Below are positions 55,814 through 64,000 of a stretch of DNA of 64,000 nucleotides, piece after piece; positions within the stretch are counted from its first letter, which is position 1; every line of letters starts with the position of its first letter. A program made the position numbers and the translations under genes. The DNA is from a virus, in IMG/VR virus record IMGVR_UViG_3300032050_000072, positions 19,618-83,617 of that record. The stretch is one strand, 5' to 3'. A model generated the notes under the pieces. The model ran no database searches. It worked only from the letters and a program-made list of their open reading frames with translations, and was not told the DNA's origin.

Positions 55814-56440
55814 TTAGGTCCAGTGAACCATTTCTGGCTGGCAGAGTTCAGCCCATTTCTGCGAACCCTTGAGTCGATCCCACTTGAGTTCTCCGAACTG
55901 CGATAGGGCATCGTGAACCTGGGCATAGTCGCTCAGAATCTCTGGGAAGTAGACGAACCGAAACGGCACGCGATTTTCCGCCATCGCCTGCACGGCACTC
56001 AACAAGTCGCCGTTGAGCCGAGCAATCTGCTCGCCCTCGGTCGCGGTTCGCCAGTAGTCGATCGACGAAAAGAACGCCTCACGGCTCGACCTGACGGCGG
56101 CTCGAACTTCGCGGTGCGAGATCACCACCCGTAGGTCTTTGCGTAGCGTCGCCCAGACGCGCATCACACCGGGATGTCTGACGAACCTCGGGTCTTTGAC
56201 GACGCGCGGCTTGAACGCCATGATCTTCGCCGCTAGATCGCCCTCCAGGGCCTCGGCCAGCCGCCGCTGCCTGCCAAGCTCATTGATCCGGTCGTTGATC
56301 TCGACGCACTCCCGGCTCTCCCAGCCCGCGTTGATCGACTTGTCCCAGCCGCCGCCGATCCCTTTGTCGTAGCCGAGTTCGCGGCAAAGCTGAGCCAGTA
56401 GCGACGTACCGCAGCGGCCCGTTCCGGTGATGATTAGCAT
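55814..56440 (-). CDS. Sulfotransferase-family (P-loop) protein
   Basis: MLIITGTGRCGTSLL, VKDPR, HRE..AVRS. Confidence 0.7.
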   Translation of the reverse strand: MLIITGTGRCGTSLLAQLCRELGYDKGIGGGWDKSINAGWESRECVEINDRINELGRQRRLAEALEGDLAAKIMAFKPRVVKDPRFVRHPGVMRVWATLRKDLRVVISHREVRAAVRSSREAFFSSIDYWRTATEGEQIARLNGDLLSAVQAMAENRVPFRFVYFPEILSDYAQVHDALSQFGELKWDRLKGSQKWAELCQPEMVHWT

Positions 56441-56448
56441 GGCCCGCC

Positions 56449-58101
56449 TCAGTTGTGAGTGAACAGCGTATTCTGGACGTGAACGAGATTCTCCTCGCCG
56501 TAGCGTTCGATGATCCGTTCGATGTAGGTCCAGTCGGCGTCCTTGGCCTTGTCGAGCCAGCCCGCCTCGATCGCGACCTCGCGCTGCACCATCACGCAGC
56601 CGCAGTCGATATTGCCGTGGTGCAGGACCGATCTCAGCGGCTTCCATTGCCAGTAGTTATGCGTCATGTCGCAATAGCCACCAACCGCGCCTGGCTGCTT
56701 CTCGATCGCGTTGACCATGATGTCGCAGAAGCCCGGCGCGTAGTAGTTGTCGCCGTTCGTAATCACCACATAGTCGCCAAGCTCCATCTTGCTGACGATA
56801 TTGAGCCCAAGCTGCCGCAGCGTGTGCCCCCAGTCGTTGTACCGCTTGCGTGTCGTGTACTGGAGAATCCTCGGCTCGCAAACCCGCCGCAGCTTGGCGA
56901 CGACCGGCTCCGGCTTAACCAGCGGCCCATCGTGATAGAGCACCAGCTTCCAGTCTTTGTGCCGCTGATCCAGCAGCGACTCGATCAAGACCGGGTAATA
57001 CTCGTAGAACGGCGCAATGAACGTCACGGTTCGCCCGCGCTCGGCTGGCGATTCCAAGGCTGTGATCGGCACCGGCGTCGGCTCGTCGTGGATCGCCGCA
57101 GGCTCACTCGGCAGATCGAGTTCGTCTTCTGCGAACTTCTTCCGCTGCCTGCCTTGAGCGATCGCCGCCAGGGCCTCGATCGTTTCGCTGGTGATGTTCT
57201 GACCTCGCTCGACGGCCAGCATCGCCACTCGCTCGACGATATCAGGAAGCTCGTCGAACCGCTCGGACGGCTTGCCGTACAGTGCCGCCGCCGTGAAGCT
57301 CCGCAGGTGGATTCGACGTTCGTCCTCTTCGATCTCGCCGGTCGTTTCTTCGCCGACGATGATCGCGTTGAGACTGGCGTCTTTGAGCATTTCGTTGATG
57401 AGCACTTCCGTGTCAGCCCGCTGCGTCTCTTCGCCGGACTCCCACAGGTGCCGATAGTTATTCACCAAGCGGCGAATCGTCCAGCCCGCCTTGATCCGGT
57501 CGATCTGCGGCATGTGCCAGAGCGAAAGCGTATGCGACAGCATCCCCTGCCACCACTCGCATCCTGATCGCGGGATGCTTTGATAGCCGATCGCCGCCGC
57601 CATTTCGCGGTCACAGCGTTCAATCCATTCCTCGACAAGGTTCTGCTGCGTGACGAGGCAGTCCGAATGAACCGTGAGCATCCACTCGGTCTGCACGCAA
57701 GCCTGCCCGGCCTCCATCGCGATCGACACCAACTCGGACGAGTGTCGACCACCGTGGCAGTTGATCTGATGGACTTCGAGGTCATCGGCCCGCAGCGCCA
57801 GCACGTCGTCGAGCATCGAGTCTTGCGTGCCCGTGTCGACCACCACGATATAGACCGGCTCGGTCTGACTGCGCAGCATCGCCACACAGAGCTTGAGCAG
57901 GTCCGGCGTATTGCAATGCGGCACGACCGCCGTCACGCGATGCTGCCAAGGTTTCTTCTCGATCGCCCCTTCCCAGGGTGCCTGCGTGACAGTCGCCCGC
58001 CACGTCGCCGGACAGACAAGCTCGTCGCGGGTGAATTTGCTGTTCGGTTGCCGTGTCTGCGATAGGCGGCGATTGATCGCCTGGGAGATTTTGCGGCTCA
58101 T
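56449..58101 (-). CDS. Tandem GT2 glycosyltransferase
   Basis: VVPHCN..VVDTG..HSD; second domain IAPFY..YHDG..NGDNYY..DADW. Confidence 0.8.
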   Translation of the reverse strand: MSRKISQAINRRLSQTRQPNSKFTRDELVCPATWRATVTQAPWEGAIEKKPWQHRVTAVVPHCNTPDLLKLCVAMLRSQTEPVYIVVVDTGTQDSMLDDVLALRADDLEVHQINCHGGRHSSELVSIAMEAGQACVQTEWMLTVHSDCLVTQQNLVEEWIERCDREMAAAIGYQSIPRSGCEWWQGMLSHTLSLWHMPQIDRIKAGWTIRRLVNNYRHLWESGEETQRADTEVLINEMLKDASLNAIIVGEETTGEIEEDERRIHLRSFTAAALYGKPSERFDELPDIVERVAMLAVERGQNITSETIEALAAIAQGRQRKKFAEDELDLPSEPAAIHDEPTPVPITALESPAERGRTVTFIAPFYEYYPVLIESLLDQRHKDWKLVLYHDGPLVKPEPVVAKLRRVCEPRILQYTTRKRYNDWGHTLRQLGLNIVSKMELGDYVVITNGDNYYAPGFCDIMVNAIEKQPGAVGGYCDMTHNYWQWKPLRSVLHHGNIDCGCVMVQREVAIEAGWLDKAKDADWTYIERIIERYGEENLVHVQNTLFTHN

Positions 58102-60947
58102 TTTTTCTGCGAGTAAACTCGGCTATTGGCGGTCATGGGCTGTCGGCACATGATGTCGAAGATACCCTCCGGCCCGCCATCCGTAACCTCGACGACCTCG
58201 CAATCGGTCAGATCGAACGGCACCTTGATCGCCACGATCGCCGTCCCGGTGAACGTCGTCTCACTGGAGCCGGATAGACCTTCGCCTAGCCACACCTTAT
58301 TAACGCCGCCGCGAACAACTTTGATCTTGAACGCACCCTGACTGACGCCGAGTGAGTTTTTCAGCAGCACGTACCTGCCGACGTGGGTTTGATCGAACGT
58401 AAAGTCGCCGGTCGTCACTGGCTTGAGCCAGTAGATATCCTTCTCGTACAGCGTCGCAGTTCCATCAACCAAGTCCCAGCCAACCGGGTTGCAGACGTGA
58501 ACATTCAGCCTCGCACAGCCTTCGACCACTTCCTCTATCGTTCGCGTGCCGCCAAAGGTTGTCGGCAGACTCCCTAAAGGCAGATCGCACGACGTAATCT
58601 CCAGCGTCCTGCCGACATCAACGGCCTTGAACGGCCTGGCTGTCGAGGTGACCCAATAGCCGCGATTCAGCACCGGATCGGCCTTGCCACCGCCAAACGG
58701 ATTCTCGGCACTCACCAAGTCGGTGTAGGTGATCTCAGCTAGTGTGTCTGTCTCGAATGTCGCGGCAAACTCATTGCCGATCTGGCCCTCGAAGTAAGAC
58801 AGCTTAACCCAGTCGCCCGGCTGGAGCTTTAGTGCCTCGTGACACGACTTGAACTTGACGTTTCGATACAGTCGCTTGTACCGCGTAAGGTAGAACTGAG
58901 CCACTGTCGAGACATGCGGAAACCTGCGATAAATCCAGAGCGGCATTTCGAGCGGCTGATTGCCGTAAGCCTGTTGCATGTCGCTATCGAACTCGATATG
59001 CGTGTTGTTCTTGTTGCCGTAGATATCATCCCACGAACGGCGGTAGGTGCCGATAATCATCGTGGTCAGTTCTTCGAGCGGCGAATCAGTGTACTCCAGC
59101 GAGTTCTCCAGAATCTTGTCGCGGTTGAAATGCACCACATGACCAGGGCTGGTGTTGCTCAGCCGCTTGATCCTGATCTTACCTTGATCGAAGAACAGCA
59201 CGCACCGGCATTGCCGCGCGATATCTTGCAGTAGAGCCAGCCCGTCGATGTTGTCGATCTGAGCAAACCCGCAGACTATCGTCGAAAGCTCACCGGCCAC
59301 GGCGTTGAAGCTCGAAGCGTCGATGAACTCATCGGCCACGGCCATCAGATTGTCGTTTTGCAGATACTCGGCAATGATGCCTGCCGGATTGGTAATCAAG
59401 TCGCCAGTGGCGTCGCCTTGATCCTCGATCCCGTCGAGCGTGACCCAAATGCGATCATCACGCAGCCCGCCCTGAGTCATACTTGGTGCCGCGTCAAATG
59501 TGATCGTGGTGATTCTGCGGCCCAGTTCGGTTTCCCAGGTGTTGTCGTTGAGATTCACCGTGTACGGGCTCGCCACGAAGTCGGTCACTTCGACCGTGCC
59601 GCTCAATTCGTCGCTCGTGATCCCGCCCAGGTAGACAAAATCCTCCCGATCGCCACCGCCCGCCCCTTTGGTCTTGCCGAAGCCCTCGACCCGCGTCACC
59701 GACTTGCTCGGCAGAGCATTGACGGCGTAAATGTACTTGCCCGGCCCGGTCGCGCCAGACACCGACCTGATCTGAGCACCCGAGTTGGCCGGTTTCTGCT
59801 GGGCGGTTGAGTTCAAAAACCTGATCGGCTGCCCAGCCGTGAAGTCGTCGCTGTGCGTGGTGAGCGTGATCTCGTAGCTGCCGACCGTGGGCGAATCGGG
59901 CGTAATCGTGGCAATCGTATCAGCGACCCACGAGCCGCCGACCAGAATTTCAACATCGGCACCAGCCGGAAAATCACTCGCCAGCGTGTTGTAGAGCCCT
60001 GCTGGCGAGATCGTGTCGGCCTGGATCACACCGCTACGAGTTGGCGAGAATCCGAATGATTGCGAAATCGTCGCGGTCGCCACAGCGGTCGCGCTGAATC
60101 CGGTGATCGTCACCGTGCTATCGGTCGTGTCCGGCGTGCCTGACGCCGAGACGTAGCCCTCGGCCTTGTCGCCATTGATCCAGATTTCAATCGGCGAACC
60201 GACCGTGCCGCCAGGAAACTCGCCGCCGATGCCGATCTCGTCGGGGTGGCTCGCGATCTGAACCGTGAACGGCGGCGAACTGCTGGCGGGAATCGGCACA
60301 GCGGTCCTCGTGCTCCACGGTGCCGAGATCAAGACCGCCTCGACTCGTTCGCACTTGCCCCACACGACCGGAACCATCTTGCCGCGCGATTCGAGTGGAC
60401 AGTTCGGAAAAATATCTTTGTCGATCCGCAGCCCGACGTTGCCCATGATCCGCCGAGAGATATCCTCCAGTGGAATCGAGATCGTGTTGTCGGCCTCCGA
60501 CCACGAATAGGGCTTGATCGCACCGGCGAAAATCAAGGCTTTGTCGTCATCCCAGACCACATCGTCTTCGTCCCACATGCGATAGATTTTGACGACCTCG
60601 CGCTGCTGCACCGCGTCGTCGAGAAAGCCGCGAATCTCGCCCAGCGTGTCTTCGAGCTTGATCGTCAGATCATCCACCGCGCCGACCTGCCCCTCGCGTA
60701 GCGACAGCTTCACGCTTCCCCAGTCGACGACTCGGCACTTGCTCAAGCCAGCGTCGTAGCCAGGGCAGCGATCCGCCGCCAGGGCGTCGAACTGCGACAG
60801 CGGACGGTCGATGTAATATCGCGTCTTGACGTAGTTCGTCTGCTTGTACGCTTCGCTGTTGACGTACCAGTCGATCTGCAAAACGAGGTAGGGCCTGCTT
60901 GATCGCTTGTTGAGTTGGCTCAAGAACGGCGTGGTGAATGTGCGCAT
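58098..60947 (-). CDS. Tail tip / baseplate-hub-like structural protein
   Basis: Follows the tape measure; MVPVVWG, TNPAGII, LLQDIARQC..GKIRI, LQPGDWV. Confidence 0.7.
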   Translation of the reverse strand: MRTFTTPFLSQLNKRSSRPYLVLQIDWYVNSEAYKQTNYVKTRYYIDRPLSQFDALAADRCPGYDAGLSKCRVVDWGSVKLSLREGQVGAVDDLTIKLEDTLGEIRGFLDDAVQQREVVKIYRMWDEDDVVWDDDKALIFAGAIKPYSWSEADNTISIPLEDISRRIMGNVGLRIDKDIFPNCPLESRGKMVPVVWGKCERVEAVLISAPWSTRTAVPIPASSSPPFTVQIASHPDEIGIGGEFPGGTVGSPIEIWINGDKAEGYVSASGTPDTTDSTVTITGFSATAVATATISQSFGFSPTRSGVIQADTISPAGLYNTLASDFPAGADVEILVGGSWVADTIATITPDSPTVGSYEITLTTHSDDFTAGQPIRFLNSTAQQKPANSGAQIRSVSGATGPGKYIYAVNALPSKSVTRVEGFGKTKGAGGGDREDFVYLGGITSDELSGTVEVTDFVASPYTVNLNDNTWETELGRRITTITFDAAPSMTQGGLRDDRIWVTLDGIEDQGDATGDLITNPAGIIAEYLQNDNLMAVADEFIDASSFNAVAGELSTIVCGFAQIDNIDGLALLQDIARQCRCVLFFDQGKIRIKRLSNTSPGHVVHFNRDKILENSLEYTDSPLEELTTMIIGTYRRSWDDIYGNKNNTHIEFDSDMQQAYGNQPLEMPLWIYRRFPHVSTVAQFYLTRYKRLYRNVKFKSCHEALKLQPGDWVKLSYFEGQIGNEFAATFETDTLAEITYTDLVSAENPFGGGKADPVLNRGYWVTSTARPFKAVDVGRTLEITSCDLPLGSLPTTFGGTRTIEEVVEGCARLNVHVCNPVGWDLVDGTATLYEKDIYWLKPVTTGDFTFDQTHVGRYVLLKNSLGVSQGAFKIKVVRGGVNKVWLGEGLSGSSETTFTGTAIVAIKVPFDLTDCEVVEVTDGGPEGIFDIMCRQPMTANSRVYSQKK

Positions 60948-60971
60948 GGTTACTCCGCAACAAGTTGCGTG

Positions 60972-63900
60972 CTAGCCTCCCTGTTTGGCGAACGTCGAAT
61001 CGCTGCGGCTAAAGAACCGATTGCGGGTATTGCTTCGCGCGGTGCCGCGACGATCCAGAGCGCCTTCGAGTTGCTTGGCGAACTCGGCATGATCCGTGAC
61101 GCCGTTGAAGTTTTGTACCACAGTGGTCGAACCGGAATCGTGAACCGACATCGCCCCGTACTGACCGGCCTGCGACCCGCGATTGCCGCCGATCGGAGCC
61201 GCCGCTGGCTTGTTCTTGGCAGCCCGCGCGCGATCCTCGGCCTTGCTGCGAGCGTCGGCTTCCTCCCACCAGAGCTTGTTCTTTTGTCGCTGGAGTAAGT
61301 CGAGTTCCTCTTGGACATTGACCTCGGCGCGACGGCTTTCCATGCTGCCCGTGACGGCTGTGTTGTGCATCATCATGCCAGCCTTGGCTTGCAGATTGCC
61401 GATCATCATGTCGAGCCGCTGCATCGGGCTCGCCTCTTCGAGGGCTTGATTAAAGCTCGCCATTCCAGCCCCAATGCCCTGCACCGCCCCGTTGAAGAGG
61501 TTCGTTAGACCAAAGCTCATCTGCATGATCTGCGTCATGGCGCTGCCGACCTGATCGGTGTAGATCGGTGCCCCATTGCCGGTGCCGCCAGCCGACAGAC
61601 TGATGCCGTTGCCTTGATTGGTCAACTTGCGACCACCAGCATAAGTGACGCTGCCGTTGACCATCGAAGCGCCAGAGCCTCCCGCCCCTACCGATTGACT
61701 GGCTGCCTGCTTTTCGATCGCCGCCGATTTTGCATTGGAGACTTCCTGCTCACGGCCCTTCTTGTCGGCCTGAACTCGGCGATCGCTTTCGGCGATTTCC
61801 TTGTCTGCCGTCGCCTTTGCGGTATTCACCTTGGCATCGCCAGCCGTTTTGGCTTGCTCGGTTTCGGCCTTGTAGGTGCCTGCAATCTTGTCGCTGATCT
61901 TCTGGTACGTTGCCGCATACTTGCTTTCAAGCTCTCCGAGCGAGGCGACCATTTCGCCGCGAGCCTCGCCGCTGGCCTGCTTGGCAGCCTGCATGGTTTG
62001 AATAATCTGCTGCCGCAAGCGATCCATTTCGGCAAGGTCTTTGCCTTCGACGCTGCTCGTGCCGCCGCCAGCTTCCTCACGACCCTTGCGTCGGCGCAGG
62101 GCGTCGATCGTGCCCATGCTCATGCGATTAAAGTTGCCGACGTTCTCTTGGATTTGGTTTCGGCTCATCGAAGACCAGTCGCCGTCCAGGTACTTGCCGT
62201 GATCCCCCGGCAGCCCAGGCAGCCCGCGCTTCGCCTCGGCAATCGGCTCATTGACTCGCTCGGCAGGGATTGACGCAGCGCCGCCAGCTTGAGCTTCTGG
62301 TGCAGCCTTGTTTTTGGCGGCAGCCTTCGCTTCTTTGGCTTTATCTTCTCGCTCCTCCCGCTCAAACCGTTCGCGCGAGCGTCGCATTTCGGCAGCGCCT
62401 TCCCGGTCGGCCTTTCGCTTTTCGTTGTCGGCGACAATACTCTCGGCCATCTTGTCCTGCTCTCGCAGAGCAGCCTGACCTTTGGCTCGCTCCTGAGTCG
62501 CTCGCTTGTTGCTGAGATTCGCGCCAGCTTCGTCGCCGATCGCTCGCTTGGCCTCGGCCATTGCGTCGTGGAACGTCGCCAGTGCGTCGTGATAGATTTT
62601 CTTGAGCCCAAGCCCGATCGTTTCGAGCCTGCGAAAGTCGCCGTTGAGCGCATCGAGCCCAGTCTCAATCACGAACATCAGGCTCTCGAAAGCACTCTTG
62701 ATAACGCCGATTGCCCACTCGCCCGCGCTGCCAAACTTACCCCAGGCATCCGACTGCGAAACCAGATTGACGATGTTCGTAATCACGACACCGATATTGA
62801 TCGCCAACTCGCCGAGCTTCTCGACGATCCTCTGCAAGCTGTCGGCGTTCTCAGAAGCCCACTTGCTCAGGCCAGCGCCGACATTTCCAAACAGGTCCAT
62901 GAAGGCGCTCTTGGCTTTCGTGGCCCACTGAACCACGTTGTCCCAGACGAACTTGCCGCGAGCGGCATACTCGTCCGACGACTGCATGGCCTGACGAATC
63001 GCCAAGGCAATCGCACCGATTGCAACCGTGTAAGGATTGACGATCGTCAACACCGTGCCGATCGACCCACCAACGGCGGTCGTCGCGGTCGCAAACATAC
63101 TGGCTGCGGTCGACAGCATCGAGAACGGATTGACCAGATTGCCGATGATCGTAAGCAGCCCGCCTATAATCGGCGTCATCGGCCCGATTGCCCGCAGAGC
63201 CAGGCTCACAGCACTCATCGCGGCACCTAGCGACAGTAAGCCCTGCACGCTCGGCGGCAGCTTGTCAAATAGCGCAAAGAGCCCGCTGACGCCGCTCACT
63301 AATGGCCCAGAAAATTTGTCGACCAGCATCCCGATAACGCGAACGGCTTCGGTGCCACCACGAACGAGACGGTCAACCGCAGAGTCAATCCCCTGACCAA
63401 GCCATTGCTGGTTTTTATCAATCCAAGCCGTCATGGCATCGACGCCGGATCGCAGGGCAGGAGTGAGCCCTTGGCCGAATCGCAGCCGCAGTCCTTCTGT
63501 GGCATTATCCAGCTTCGTGAAGCTGCCGATCAGATTGTCGAGCATTGTCTTGGCGATTCGACTCGCCGTTCCATCGGCAGCTTTGAGAGCTTCCTCCATC
63601 TTGCCGATGGCCTCGCCTCCGGTCGAAGACAGCGCAGCCAGGGCGGTCGCCGAGCGAACGTCCATCGCCGCCGAAGCCTTGGTAATCATCTGCTCGCTGC
63701 TCATGCCCTGACGCTTCATTGAGGCGTCAATGTCTTTGATGATATCCAACAGGTCGCGCATCGCGCCACTCGGCTTGCGCGTCTCGACCCCCATATCGTC
63801 GAAGAATTTCTTCGTGGTCTTGTCGAGCCTCGCCACGTCGGTCATCAGCGACCGCAGTCCAGTGCCAGCCGTACTGCCGTCGAGCCCCTTGTTCTGCATG

Positions 63901-64000
63901 GCCTGCATCAGAGCGATCAGCCGCTCCATCGACATGCCGCTCATCGTCGCAATCGGCCCGACGTATTTCAGGCCCTCGCCGATGCCAAGAATGTCGGTTT
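60972..64000 (-). CDS. Tail tape measure protein (TP901-type core); 5' end lies beyond the right edge
   Basis: Frame open to the edge (IGEGLKYVGPIA..GLDGSTAGTGLR..GTASRIAKTMLDNL); long Ala/Gly-rich helical protein. Confidence 0.92.
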   Translation of the reverse strand, partial: TDILGIGEGLKYVGPIATMSGMSMERLIALMQAMQNKGLDGSTAGTGLRSLMTDVARLDKTTKKFFDDMGVETRKPSGAMRDLLDIIKDIDASMKRQGMSSEQMITKASAAMDVRSATALAALSSTGGEAIGKMEEALKAADGTASRIAKTMLDNLIGSFTKLDNATEGLRLRFGQGLTPALRSGVDAMTAWIDKNQQWLGQGIDSAVDRLVRGGTEAVRVIGMLVDKFSGPLVSGVSGLFALFDKLPPSVQGLLSLGAAMSAVSLALRAIGPMTPIIGGLLTIIGNLVNPFSMLSTAASMFATATTAVGGSIGTVLTIVNPYTVAIGAIALAIRQAMQSSDEYAARGKFVWDNVVQWATKAKSAFMDLFGNVGAGLSKWASENADSLQRIVEKLGELAINIGVVITNIVNLVSQSDAWGKFGSAGEWAIGVIKSAFESLMFVIETGLDALNGDFRRLETIGLGLKKIYHDALATFHDAMAEAKRAIGDEAGANLSNKRATQERAKGQAALREQDKMAESIVADNEKRKADREGAAEMRRSRERFEREEREDKAKEAKAAAKNKAAPEAQAGGAASIPAERVNEPIAEAKRGLPGLPGDHGKYLDGDWSSMSRNQIQENVGNFNRMSMGTIDALRRRKGREEAGGGTSSVEGKDLAEMDRLRQQIIQTMQAAKQASGEARGEMVASLGELESKYAATYQKISDKIAGTYKAETEQAKTAGDAKVNTAKATADKEIAESDRRVQADKKGREQEVSNAKSAAIEKQAASQSVGAGGSGASMVNGSVTYAGGRKLTNQGNGISLSAGGTGNGAPIYTDQVGSAMTQIMQMSFGLTNLFNGAVQGIGAGMASFNQALEEASPMQRLDMMIGNLQAKAGMMMHNTAVTGSMESRRAEVNVQEELDLLQRQKNKLWWEEADARSKAEDRARAAKNKPAAAPIGGNRGSQAGQYGAMSVHDSGSTTVVQNFNGVTDHAEFAKQLEGALDRRGTARSNTRNRFFSRSDSTFAKQGG

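Larger units (their letters stand above)
515..60969. repeat. Dispersed 14-bp near-palindrome CGCAAC(TT/AA)GTTGCG, 20 exact copies plus 1 variant
   Basis: Starts at 515, 2976, 5350, 8325, 9031, 15974, 16582, 18067, 22547, 26639, 29317, 31628, 32695, 35158, 36915 (last base mismatched), 41375, 46238, 48003, 49901, 55798, 60956. Confidence 0.95.

Noticed and set aside
515-60969. 14-bp repeats as a CRISPR array or as terminators
   Set aside because: Dispersed at kb distances with no spacers or cas genes; 2-nt centre and no consistent U-tract.

Overview
The whole window is part of a large temperate tailed-phage genome, apparently in its excised form with an intact attP. GC is high and genes lie almost entirely on the minus strand. 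The host is not identifiable with certainty; Planctomycetota-like gene content is my impression only. From left to right: portal (runs off the left edge); a 6-tRNA cluster interleaved with three structured non-tRNA segments; small early genes; terminase large and small subunits; a ParB-N / C5-cytosine transferase / AsnB-like / CmoA-like cassette; MazG and an AAA+vWA pair; a protease/thioredoxin/membrane-protein block; RuvC, HNH, GNAT, primase and an amino-MTase; a ~300-nt structured RNA; an HD-DUF5664 nucleotidase; helicase, ParB, ERF and exonuclease; xis/int/attP; SSB; many promoter-led small genes; a glycosyl/methyl/sulfo-transferase block; a tail protein; and the tape measure (runs off the right edge). 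The best candidate for a new system is the 11.1-14.4 kb operon. It has a C5-MTase homolog whose motif X Asn is replaced by Arg (GRAVPP), a CmoA-like carboxy-SAM synthase and a glutamine-dependent AsnB-like amidotransferase. Together they predict DNA 5-carboxymethylcytosine further amidated to 5-carbamoylmethylcytosine. Other unexplained structure includes 21 copies of a near-palindrome CGCAAC(TT/AA)GTTGCG, 13 sigma70 promoters sharing an internal TATCG-N3-CGATA dyad, a shared C-terminal peptide (T-L-R-[DE]-A-[IV]-R-x-x-L) on five proteins, and several candidate ncRNAs. All family assignments are by eye from motifs; no searches were run.
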